Origin: Hyaloraphidium curvatum SAG 235-1
Lineage: Eukaryota > Fungi > Monoblepharomycota
Assembly (NCBI GenBank): GCA_025558095.1
Contig: JAIVFI010000017.1
Span: 620,001-684,000 of the forward strand
Reading direction: 5' to 3'
DNA: 64,000 bases
Shown here in pieces: positions 47,336 through 58,138 of the stretch. Within the stretch, counting starts at the first letter, position 1, and every line of letters starts with the position of its first letter. The notes under the pieces were generated by a model. The model was given only the letters and a program-made list of their open reading frames with translations, was not told the DNA's origin and did not search any database. A program made the translations under genes and the position numbers.

Positions 47336-49097
47336 ATGCCCTCCGCCTTCTTCCGCAACGGCGCGGTGTACACGCTCGAGGATGCGCAGCCGTGGGCCGA
47401 GGCCGTCGTCGTGCACGACAGCCACATCGCCTTCGTCGGTTCCGAGGCCGAGGCGCGCCAGCACCTGCGGCCCGACACGCACGAGGTCGACATGCGCGGC
47501 GGCTTCCTGATGCCCGGCTTCATCGACGGCCACAACCACCTCATCGGCGGCGCGACCGCCAAGGTCGGCGTGTCGCTCGAGAACCTCCGCGGCAAGGACG
47601 CCGTACTCGAGCAGATCCGCCGCTACGCGACGACGCACCCGCACAACCACGTCATCCGCGGGCACGGCTGGACGCCCTTCACCTTCGACGGCGAGCAGCC
47701 GCACCGCACGTGGCTGGACGCGGTCACCGACGTGCGACCGGCCTACCTCCACACGTACGACGTGCACGACGTGTGGGCCAACACGGCCGCGTTCAAGGCC
47801 GCCGGCATCGACGCGTCCACGCCCGACCCGCACCCGCCCACGGGGTACTACGTGCGCGACCCGGACGGGTTCCCGGCGGGCAAGTGCTGCGAGCCCGAGG
47901 CGTGGGTGCCCATCGCCCAGGCCCTGGGCATGTTCACGCTCGAGTCGATCAAGGAGGCCATGGAGCTGACGATGGCGGCGGCGCCGTCCTGGGGGATCAC
48001 GACCTACTTCGACGCCGGCACGCTCATAACCTCGGGCAAGCTCGTCGACGAGGTCTGGAGCTACCTTATCGACGTGGACAGGAACAAGGGCGGCATCCCG
48101 GTGCGGCTCGTGGGCTCGCACATCGTCCGCGATGGCACCACCTCGAACGACAAGATGCTGTCGTCGCTCAAGCAGCTCCAGCAGACCGTGCAGTCGCCCA
48201 ACATCACCATCACCACTTTGAAGATGTTCATGGACGGTGGGTGGCGCTCGACGCTGCTGGGGATCTAGCTTCAGCTGACCGCCCGCCCCTCAAGGTGTCG
48301 GTCCCACGCACACCGCCTCCATGCTCGAGGACTACGCCGACGAGCCCCACAAGGGCGGCTGGGTCATGACCCCCGACGCCGCGCTCCGGCTGACGGCGGC
48401 CGCCAACGCCGCCGGCATCGACGTTCACATCCACGCCTGCGGCGACGCGGGCGTGCGCGCCGCCCTCGACGCCTTCGAGAACGTCCGCAAGACCCGGCCC
48501 GACCTCACGCCCCGCAACACCGTCTGCCACCTCGAATTCTGCCACCCCGACGACGTCAAGCGCTTCGCCGAGCTCGGTGTGACGGCCAACGGCACGCCCG
48601 TCTGGGGCTGCGACTACCGCGGCGAGTTCGTCGACGCGTACCCGGCCCTCGTCGGGAGCGAGCGGTTCCCGCGGGACTACTGCCCCTATGGTGCCGTCGT
48701 CAAGACGGGGGCCAACGTCACTTTCGGCGCGGACTGCCCGGGGTGCGAGGTGCACGAGATCGCGCCGCTGGTGCAGATGGAGGTCGCCGTCACAAGGCGG
48801 CGGCCCGGGCGCGCGGACGACAGGCCCGTGGGGCCCGACAACGCCGTGTCGGTGGCCGAGGCGCTGCGGTGCTACACCCTGAACGGGGCCTACGCGCTGC
48901 GGCTGGAGAAGGAGACGGGGAGCATCAGGGCGGGCAAGAGGGCGGACCTGGTGCTGCTGGGCGCGAGCCCGTTCGACGTGGCGCCGCACAGGATCCACGC
49001 CATCCCGGTGCTGTTCACCATGCTCGCGGGGAGGGTCACGCATTCGGCGCTGAATCCCGGGGCGGAGGCGGCGGCGGCGGAGCAGGCCAAGATCTGA
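47336..49097 (+). CDS. Amidohydrolase 3 family (YtcJ/NfdA-like metal-dependent hydrolase)
   Basis: NGAVYT...PWAEAV, MPGFIDGHNH, HDVWANTAA, KMFMDG, HIHACGDAG, YTLNGAYAL...GSIRAGKRADLVLL; single intron 48237-48294. Confidence 0.93.
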
Positions 49098-49330
49098 GCG
49101 TGGTGTCGATCCTGAGGACGAAAAGGGCTATTCTGACACAGACATGTATCGCCAGCAGACAACAATGCCAATGGAGTCAATCAGTAGTCAATCAGCAGTG
49201 AATTAAGCAGTCCAGCGATCCTCGCTCTCTTCCGCGGCCGCAGCACCACGTAGGCTCAGCGAACCCATCGTCTTCCCCCGTGCCTCCGGCCAGCCAGACG
49301 AAACCCGCAACTCAACAAACCGCCGGATCG

Positions 49331-50381
49331 TCAGGCGGCGACGCACCGCAGCTCCCCAGTTCCTTCGTCGAAAGTCACCCAGGCCCCCGCTCCCGTTGGC
49401 CCCTGCTGCCTCCCTCCGCCGCGGGATTCCCAGGACTCCCAGAACCACGGGTGCGCCAGCGCCTCGGCCGCCGTCATCCGCTCCCGCTGGTCCACCACCA
49501 GCATCCTTCCCACGAGGTCCCTGAACGCGGCCGAGAACCCGGCGGGCAGCCCGCCCCACCGGCCGAGCTCGATCGACGCGTACAGCTCGCCAAAGTTGGC
49601 CGCGCCCCCAAACGGCGTGGAGCCGGTGGCCAGCTCCACGGCGATGCAGCCCAGGGCCCACATGTCGACCTCGCTGCCGTAGGCGGCGCCGCGGACGATC
49701 TCAGGGGCGAGGTAGAAGGGGGTCCCCGCGATCGTCTGGAAGGGCGCCTGCGCGAAGAAGAAGTTTGGCGACGAGGAGCACACCCCCGCCGCATCGAAAT
49801 CGGCGACGGCCAGGTCCGACGGGTCCTCCTCCGGGCGGCGGAGGAGCACGTTCGAGGGTTTGAGATCGCGATGCGCGACGCCGTTTGCGTGGAGGTATGC
49901 GAGGGCGGAGAGAATCGAGCGGAGGATGGGGCGCAGGGAGCGCTCCGGGATCGGGCCGTGCGAGTGGAGATAGGCCTCGAGGTCCGTTGCGCAGAGCTCC
50001 ATGACCGTGTAGACCTGGGGCCGGCGGTGGGTCAGAAGACCATGAATCAATAGCAGGGGTATAAATCACCTTGCCCTCGACCTCGATGAGCTCGAGCAGG
50101 CGGCAGAGGTTCGGGTGGTTCAGCTTCGCCACGGCCCGGAACCTGGCCCGCAGCGCGTCGCGCTGGGAGGCGGGCGCGCTGCAGCTCTTCAGCGCGACCC
50201 GCTGCCCGCTGTCGAGGCAAACCGCGCCGCGCACGCGGCCGGACGCCCCGCTGCCGAGAGTGGCAAAGGACGCGATGCGGCGGCGGCGTGCGCGGCCAGC
50301 GGCAAACAGCGCCGCGTCGGCGGCCGTCGGCGGGGGAGGCGAGCCCGGTACTGCGGGCGGGGAGTCTCTCGCGAGGCCCAT
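49331..50381 (-). CDS. Atypical CAMK-like kinase (DFD), copy 3
   Basis: FAAGRARRRR, LGSGASGRV, VALK, HRDLKPSN, ADFDAAG, GTPFYLAPE, DMWALGC; same intron as copies 1 and 2. Confidence 0.88.
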
Positions 50382-51095
50382 GATTCTCCTGGACAGGTTT
50401 CTTGGTGGCGAGATTGAGTGTGCTCGGTGGCGAGATTCGGAGGCGAAAAACTCCCGGTCCCGATCCCGCGGTGACGATCTTGCAGGTGGCCGTCTCTTGG
50501 AACAAAAGCGCCGCTGGAGCCGCGAGTGGTGCACATGGAGGCCCATGACGCACATTGTAGATGGCGACGACACTGTTGAAGGAGCTCTGGGCTGCCGATG
50601 GGAAATCGGCCCGCCGTTGCGCCCCAAATGGACGTCGGAGGTCGGCCGCACCCAGCCTCCAGTTTCGGGCGGGTATCCCCCATTCAATGCCTTGCCCCCA
50701 TAAGCCCCGACGGCATGACCGACGCACGTGCGAATACTGAAATTCGCGAAGCTAGCACTAGATTGTCCGCCCTGGCTTGGCAGAACACTGTGCGGGACCT
50801 CCGGAATGGTCGAGGCGGGGAGGCAAACGGGTGAGGGGTCTTGGCGCTCGGACCATCATTTGCAAAGCCTTCCGGCCGTCGGCCATGCTTTTCCAAGAAT
50901 TAAACTGGGCTTTCGATGAGATGGAGGTTGAATTGAAGAGGGAAGCAGTGAAGTCGCAGGCAGTCCAACCACCGCCGGCTCGGGCATCCAGCAAGTGCTT
51001 GGACCAGCTTTGCCACCGGACGAAGCATGTTGATCAAGATCGGATGGTCATTGTCAAGCTGCGAATACAACTTTGGCTCTGCGATCCGACTTCGC

Positions 51096-52715
51096 CTAGT
51101 TCTTGACGGCGGCCTTAAGCAGCGCGTCAAAGATCTTGGCCGAGCGGCCGTCGCCGAGGAGACCGGCCCGCAGGCGGTTGGGAACGTAGCCGAAGCCCAG
51201 GCCGTGCTCCTTCGACCACTGAAAGACGGACCCGCCGTAGCCGAACTGAAAATCAGGCGCGTGAGCTCGGCAAGTCACAACGGAGACAAAAGACCCACCC
51301 ATCCGTGCCAGGTGACGTCGTTGCCGACCATCGACTCGGTGTAGAGCGGCTTCGGCGGCTGCGCCGTCAGGTCGAACAAGTACACGGGGATCCTGATCCC
51401 GGCCATGGACTCGGCCCACCCGCCGTGTGTGTACGGCACCGGGAACCCGATGCAGGCGTCGGGGTCGTTTTTGACGCCCTCGTGGATCTTGGAGGCCGCC
51501 TCGAAGCCCTTGGGCGACACCAGCTCGACGCCGTCGATCGAGCCGCCCTGGGCCATGGCCCCGGCGAGCCGGCCGAGCGTGCGGGCGTTGGTCACCGTGA
51601 AGGCCGCCGAGGTTTCGGAGGTCCAGAGCTGCGGGTCGTTGGAGCCCACCGACGAGTCGACCAGCTGCTTCTGCACGCCCTTGGGGATGCTGGCAAAGGT
51701 CTTGTAGATGGGCGTGGTCTGGTCGGCCATCATGACCTGGTACTGGGCCACCAGCATGTCCTCCTCCTGGAGCAGCGACACGCGGCCGTGCTTGTCCTTG
51801 GGCAGGCCGCAGTAGACCTCGGCCCCGAGCTTGGCGTTGAGCTCGTCCCGCCACAGGTCGCCGTGGGTCTTGCCCGCGACCCTCCGCACGAGCTCGTTCA
51901 GGAACCAGCCGCGCGTGACGGCGTGGTAGGACTTGGTCGTCTTGCCGCCGAAGTTGTGCGGCTGCGAGGCGATCTTGGCCGCGAGCTTCTCCTGGTTGCC
52001 CATCTGGACGTCCTCGATCGTCGGAAGGTGCTCGTCGTCGAGCCAGCCGACGCCGCCGGAGTGCGCGCTGTCGGTGCGTTCGAAAAAGCGCCCTGTGGTC
52101 AGCGACGAGACAGATCAGCTGGGTGTCCGGCACCAACCAGAGATCAGCGATGGTCACGTTCTCCTTCCCGCCCGCCGCGAACTCGGGCCAGTACTTGGCC
52201 ACGGGGTCCTCGTACTTGAGCAGCCCCTTGCCGACCAGGTGGGCGATGGTCAGCGACATGAGCGCCTTGCCGCTCGAGTGGACGATGTTGAGGCTCTCGG
52301 GCGTGTAGGGCTTCGTCTGGGGCGCGGCGGGGACGGTGAGCGGGCGAACGAGAGCGGGCACAACGGTTCGAGCCCACCTTATCAAAGTCCGAGTGGCCGG
52401 CGTACCTGTTTTTGGTCGGAGCGACGCGAGGGGGCAAGGTGGGGGACACCGCGGACCACGAGTCAGCCTCTCCAGCGGGCGGCACGGGCGACGAGGCTGC
52501 CCACATCTCCACGACGCATTTCCCGTCCTTGTAGATGCAGAGCCCGGCGCCGGTCTCGCCGTCTTTCTCGTCCCAGTTGGACAAGAAGGCATCTCGAACT
52601 CCCTCGTAACTGTCTCCGGGCCGGCGTCAGGGAAGGGCGCGGAGGGTCGGACAGGGGCGGGAACGCACCCGGGAGCGCAGGTGACGACGGTCACGGGGAG
52701 ACCGGCGGGAGCCAT
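51096..52715 (-). CDS. Beta-lactamase-family serine hydrolase (EstB/EstA-like esterase)
   Basis: GAGLCIYKDGKCVVEMW, HSSGK (SxxK), VAKYWPEFAAGGKENVTI, YHAVTRG, FGYGGS, FGYVPN. Confidence 0.9.
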   Translation of the reverse strand: MAPAGLPVTVVTCAPGCVPAPVRPSAPFPDAGPETVTREFEMPSCPTGTRKTARPAPGSASTRTGNASWRCGQPRRPCRPLERLTRGPRCPPPCPLASLRPKTGTPATRTLIRWARTVVPALVRPLTVPAAPQTKPYTPESLNIVHSSGKALMSLTIAHLVGKGLLKYEDPVAKYWPEFAAGGKENVTIADLWLVPDTQLICLVADHRALFRTHRQRALRRRRLARRRAPSDDRGRPDGQPGEARGQDRLAAAQLRRQDDQVLPRRHARLVPERARAEGRGQDPRRPVAGRAQRQARGRGLLRPAQGQARPRVAAPGGGHAGGPVPGHDGRPDHAHLQDLCQHPQGRAEAAGRLVGGLQRPAALDLRNLGGLHGDQRPHARPARRGHGPGRLDRRRRAGVAQGLRGGLQDPRGRQKRPRRLHRVPGAVHTRRVGRVHGRDQDPRVLVRPDGAAAEAALHRVDGRQRRHLARMGGSFVSVVTCRAHAPDFQFGYGGSVFQWSKEHGLGFGYVPNRLRAGLLGDGRSAKIFDALLKAAVKN

Positions 52716-52905
52716 TGCGGTGCGGGAGGTGTGGCGGCGCCGAAAAGAGGATTTGGCGAAGGGCGTCGGCGCCGACTCGGCCGCTCACTTGCCGCTTCCT
52801 CACTCGGGCTCACTCCGAAGTCAGAAGTCAGAATGCAATGTATAGCACAAAGCTGAAGCAGATACAATAAGGATGGTTGCGAGGCGAGCATGCTCGTGAA
52901 CGCGA

Positions 52906-53392
52906 TCACGCCTGCTGCTGCGAGGCTCCGGTCGCCGCGCCCTGCTGGTTGCCGCCGCCGCCTTTGCTCTTCTTCTTCTTGAAGCTTCCCCACCACTCAG
53001 GCTGCTTCCCGCATACCTGTACGGGGCACGAGGACGTTCAGCAGAGCGCCATACAGTGCTGCGACGAGGAAATCACCTGCTTGTGCTCGGGCCAGTCGGC
53101 CCGCTGGCACTCGACCGAACAATACTTCACCATCTTGCACTTTGCGCAGACCTGGAACTTGCGGCCCGCGGGCTCCTCCTTCGTATCTTGGGCGCGCGGC
53201 GCGTCCCAAGAGTTCCAGGTGCCGGGGCGGGTGCGGGCACGAAATGGCTTCGGCCAGCGCGCCGATGACGCCGGTGGTGCTCTGGAACAAGGCAAAGACG
53301 TCGGGCGGCGGCGGGTACGAGGGCCCGTGCTTGCACGACGTCTTTGGCTCGTAGTCGTCGATGAGCGACCCTCTCGGGCCTTTCGGGGGCAT
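52906..53392 (-). pseudogene. Internally deleted MYND zinc-finger gene (paralogue of 55964-57049)
   Basis: Shares the N-terminus (Y.PKT.CKHGPS.P) and C-terminus (C..CKMV.YC...CQ..DW.EHK|.CGKQPEWWG, same intron) with the long copy, but lacks the middle and the first CxxC; the two halves are in different frames. Confidence 0.65.
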
Positions 53393-53552
53393 CTTGGTGG
53401 GGAGTGGGGAACCGCAAGGGTTCACTCCGGACGAGCCGGCACAGTCCGACGATTCGCAGGTCGCCCTTCACCGGATGAGCCTACGATTCGACCTCATCCG
53501 CACTGGAGCGACATCTCGGTCGATCTACGACATCACCTATTAGAAAAATGCC

Positions 53553-55774
53553 TCAGAGTTCCAGCTTGGCGACTGCCGGATGCCATCCCGCCTCCTTCAG
53601 GAGCCTCTTTGGCACGTCCACCAGCTTGGCCCGGAAGTACTCGCCCACGCTCTTGGACAGCATGTCGAGCCGCATGTTGGACATGCAGCCCTTGCCCAGC
53701 AGCCCCCGGATGAGGAAGTGCACCGCGCGCACGTTGGGGAACTCGATCCGCTCAATCGAGATATTCATCCCCTTGCCTTCCTCGGCCAGAAGCTCGGTGA
53801 AGAAGTCGAGGGTGAGCTTGGACCGCAGCCAGTCGTAGGACGAGTCGGTCAGCGTCCCTAATCGACAGTAGGCGCGTCAGAAGATGGCGGAGGCAAACGT
53901 TGGAAAGAGACCCACAGAAGCCGACGTTCGAGTTGCCGCCCTTGTCGCCGGACCGCGCGTGCGCGATGTAGCCGAGCGGTACTCGGATCGTTTCGCCAAA
54001 GTCGTCCGAGGTGGTCGACTGCGGCGGGTTCTGCTCCGCGTACGAAGGCGGGATCGCCGAATCCGGAGCCTGGCCGATCGGCACCACGGTTCCGTCAGGG
54101 AGGGTCGCACGGTGGGGAACCTTGTCGTAGGCGAGGAGGGCGGGGTAGAATTCGACGTAGGAGGGGAAAGCAGGGCCGGCCTTGGGGCCCCAGACGCCGG
54201 TCTGCCGAAAGGGTGAGAGTCAGACCCAACGAGCTTCTGGCAAGCTGGCTGCCACTCACGTATCCGGGGAAGCCCCGGAGGAATTGCTCGCTGGCCACCT
54301 TCCTCAGCCTCATCAGCGCCAGCCGCTCAGGCGCCTGCGCCGTGATGCGGACCAGCGACGTAGCCGCGTTCTCGTCCACCGGGTTGCCCATCGGCCGCCC
54401 GATCAGCTCGAACTTGACGAAATCGAAACCGTCCGCGGACCCCGTGCCCACCGGGATGTCGGCCACGTCCGCCAGGACCTGCTTCTTCAGCGTCTCGAAC
54501 TTGATGTCCACGTCCAGGCCGACCGCGCCCGTGTAGAGCTCCAGCTCGTAGCCGCCAAAGATGTTGATGCCGACCTTGGTCGTCGGCGGCGGGGGCAGGC
54601 CCTTGATCCCGTGGATGCGAACGCGGTCCTTGCCGACCTGCTCCAGGTGCACGGTGCTGAGGTCGACCGTGGCGTCGGGGTTGAGGTAGTAGCGGCCCTG
54701 GATCTCGTAGACGATTTGGGCGAGAACGGTGTCCGTCGTGACGGCACCGCCGGTGCCCTCGAACTTGGTGATCACGGCCGAGCCGTCCCGGTCCAGTTCG
54801 GCCACGGGGTAGCCCTGGGGGCGGGGCAGTGGTGAGTCTTTTTGCCGAAGGTGGCGCCCCCTTGTGCCAACTCACAACAGCCTCGATCCCGGGCAGGGTC
54901 AGGAAGCCGGAGAAGTTGCCGCCGGTACAGTGCCCCGAGCACTCGATCACGTGGCCAACGAGGACCGCTGATGCAAGGACGTCGTACTGGTTTTGTTGCC
55001 AGTCGAACCAGTCTGCCCGGCCAGCGAGATCAGAGAAGTTTATCCCCGGGCCGACGTCAACCCACAGGCCCCGATGCCGGCCGTCAGCGACGCATCCGTC
55101 ACGCGCCCGCAGATGACGATGTCCGCCCCGCCGCGCAGCGCCGCCGCGATCCCAAACCCGCCCATGTACGCGTTGCCGGACAGCAGCTTCTTGTGCTTGT
55201 TCTCCGCCAAATACCCGGCCAGCGTCTGCCCCTTGGCGTCCAGGTTGTCGAAGCCGCACCCTTCGGACTGCAGCCTCGCAATGTCCTCGGGCGACAGCGC
55301 GTCCCCGTCCACGGTGGCCACGGTCAGGTCCAGCCCCTTGCTCGCGAGGAGGTCCCGCACGCCCCGCGCCAGCTTCTCGCACTCGTCCCCGCCGGCGTTG
55401 GTCACCATTCTGATCTTCTTCTCCTTCAGGAGGTGGACGGACTTGGAGAGGTCGCCGAGGAAGAACTGATGGAAGAGGTCCGTCGGCTGGCCATTGAGCT
55501 TGAGGTTCGCGACGATGCCGAACGTGCCCTCGGCGAGGTAGTCGCCGTTCACGAAATCGAGGTGCGTGGGCGTGCCGGGCATGCCCGAGTTCTCCAGCTG
55601 CGTGGAGAGGCCCTTGCTCCAATCGCCCGCGTCTGCGCGGCCGCGGGGGTCAGCGACATTCCGCCGGGCGAGCGCGTCGCACCCACAGCCGTGCCAGTTT
55701 CCGATCCGGACGGGGCGCTTGCCGCGGTCCTCATCGTGGGCCGAGCCGTCGGTCGACTGCGAGATTGGGGCCAT
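53553..55774 (-). CDS. Acyclic terpene utilisation AtuA family protein (DUF1446)
   Basis: GDYLAE, VTNAGG, NAYMGGFGIAAALRGGADIVICGRVTDAS, GHVIECSGHCTGGNF, YEIQGRYYLNPD, HARSGDKGGNSNVG. Confidence 0.92.
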
Positions 55775-55963
55775 CGCTGCTGTTTGAGGGGGACACGGGG
55801 AGACGGGCCGGGGCGGAGTTTACCCGCCATGCGCCGTTGGCGTCTCGCCGCTTCGTGGCAAACTGGTGCGCCATTTGGTCGAGAGATTCTTTTCCAAGGT
55901 ACACATGCATCCAAATATCTAGCTCACGAACCATCTCCCGAGCTGGATTGCCTCTGTGGCTGC

Positions 55964-57049
55964 TTAGCCGGAGCTTGAAGACGAACCAGGACCGTTGGCG
56001 TCTTCGGGCCCGTTCTTGGCCTTCCTCAGCGTACCCCACCACTCGGGCTGCTTGCCGCAGATCTGCAACCGGCCAATGTCAGACAGTCAGTGATCGTTGC
56101 TCGGCAAACATCATCACACGGATCCCCACCTTCTTGTGCTCGTCCCAATCGCTGACTTGGCAATCTTCGGTGCAGTACGCCACCATCTTGCACCGCGAGC
56201 ATTTCTTCAGCGGATGCTTCTTTGTTCCCGTCCCGCGACAGCGGCGGCAGTACGAATCGAACAGCTTGCCGTTGCCCGGGGCGCCGACGCCGGGCTTCCA
56301 CGCCGGATCGTCCTTGAACAGGTCCTCGCGCCCGCACAGCTCGGACTCGGGGTCTTCGACCTCCAGGCAGCGGCACGGCACAGCGGTCTTGAGCTTCGAT
56401 AGAAGATACTCTGGAGTGCATCTCTCCGTGGCTTTGTTGACGAAAGCGGGCAAGATCTCCTTGGCCGGCGCCGGGGATCCTGGGCGGTAAGCCAGGTAGG
56501 GCGTGCCCCAGGGGGTCGTCGAGCTCGGGTGGTCCAGCATCAGCTGGAAGAGACACTCGGTCGGCAGAGGGGAGCTCGTGCGGGCCCGTCGGGCCCGTTT
56601 GTTCCGGGGGAGCTTCCCGCCGGGCCCGGCCTCGAGCGGTTGCACGGCCCGGTGCGGGAGGTACGCGTCCCTCGCGGCCAGGGAAGCGCGCAGCATCTCG
56701 CAACAACCCAGAACCCGAACGAGGCCTCGAAGTCGTGGTTGAGGAAGGCGTCGACCGCGGAGCCGAGGTGGACGTCCGCGAGCGCGGCGTCGACCATCGG
56801 CCGGCCAAAGAGCCGGGAGCACCCGCGCTCCGCCGAGTGCAGCTGGCCTGCAACCTCGCAAAGAATCCGACGCCGCTGCCCGGGGTCGGGGCACGCGAAG
56901 GCGCGGACCAGGGTGTCGGTCGCGCCTTGGACCGCTGTCGCGGCGAAGGTGGTGCAGGGCAGCATGGGGTGCGACGGGCCGTGCTTGCACGCCGTTTTGG
57001 GCACGTATTCGTCGCGCAGGGCGTTGGCAGACGACCTCTGGGTGGGCAT
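55964..57049 (-). CDS. MYND zinc-finger protein
   Basis: C-terminal CRRC...CSRCKMVAYCTEDCQVSDWDEHKK|IC; one apparent -1 G near 56708. Confidence 0.78.
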
Positions 57050-57253
57050 CGTTGCGAGCGAGGGGTGGAGCCTGGGTTGACAGGGTTCTGTGATTGAAGA
57101 CCAGGGGTCGGGATTCGGAGCAGCTTGACTCCACTACGCGCTTCACTCGACAGATCGCTGGCTCCACAGTCGTTCACTGGTCAGATTTGTAAATGAATCA
57201 ATCTGAAAACATCAAGTCCTTGTCAAACTTCGCGCAGTCTGTCCCAGGACCGC

Positions 57254-57853
57254 TCATAAGACGACCACCATCCTCGGCATGCCACCACCAATCTTGCTCC
57301 CGGCAACGGCGTCCCTCAGCCCCGCGTTTCCCGTGGCCACCGGAATCGTCCTATGCCCGTTGCCCTCGACGTGGAACCTGTACCTGTGCCTCCACCACCC
57401 GCCGAAAACGTCGCCCTCCCCCGGATCGCACACCTCCCACGCCTCCTCCACGATCCCCTCCACAACGTGCGCCTCGCTGGCGAAATCTACCTTTCCAACT
57501 CCCGGCTTGTACCCCTTCAGCTTCGCCGAGTCAGCCGGGTCGCACGCGCAGAGGTCTGCGACCAGAAGGATCCTGTCATTGATCGCGATGCCGGGATGGC
57601 AGGGGTGGCCCCATTCCGCGAGGGCGCCGGGGGGTACATTCCTCGCGGCGAGAAGGAAGTGCTCTGCGCAGCGGGAGTTGCTCTTGGCGATAGTGACGGC
57701 GAAGGTGCGAGGGCTGTGCACAGGGCGAGGAGCGGGGCCCGGGGCAGGGGCGGCGGCGGGCCGAGGGACGGAGGGCCGTGAGCGGAGGGAGTAGCTGTGC
57801 TGGGGCGTCGTCCCGATGCCGGAAGCAGCGGTCGGTTGCGCGTCGGGAAGCAT
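57254..57853 (-). CDS. Hypothetical protein
   Basis: Open frame with a globular-looking C-terminal ~140 aa (TFAVTIAK...NDRILLVAD...WRHRYRFHV); no family recognised; start uncertain. Confidence 0.45.
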   Translation of the reverse strand: MLPDAQPTAASGIGTTPQHSYSLRSRPSVPRPAAAPAPGPAPRPVHSPRTFAVTIAKSNSRCAEHFLLAARNVPPGALAEWGHPCHPGIAINDRILLVADLCACDPADSAKLKGYKPGVGKVDFASEAHVVEGIVEEAWEVCDPGEGDVFGGWWRHRYRFHVEGNGHRTIPVATGNAGLRDAVAGSKIGGGMPRMVVVL

Positions 57854-58138
57854 GTCTGGGCGAAATTGGGTGATGTGACGATGACTTGGCCCGCGAGCTT
57901 CGGTGACTCGCCCCGCGCGCCGTCTTCCCCACGCACCACGCCGCTGCGCGCTCGGCGAGACCGATCGTGTTGTCCAGAGCGCATCCATGCTAGCACCACG
58001 CGGCAGAACAGCTCTCCGACTCATCGGTCTCTTAGCGCATTTTCCTAGTCAGCCCTCAGCTCCCTGACCTCCGCTCTAACCGGTCCCTGATCGGACCCCT
58101 AGCCCGCCGTCGGCCGCATCCCCCACCCCCTCCCCGCC

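Noticed and set aside
19344-49097. Peroxisomal gene cluster inferred from C-termini VKL, PKL and AKI
   Set aside because: The tripeptides are non-canonical and the genes are scattered; evidence is insufficient.
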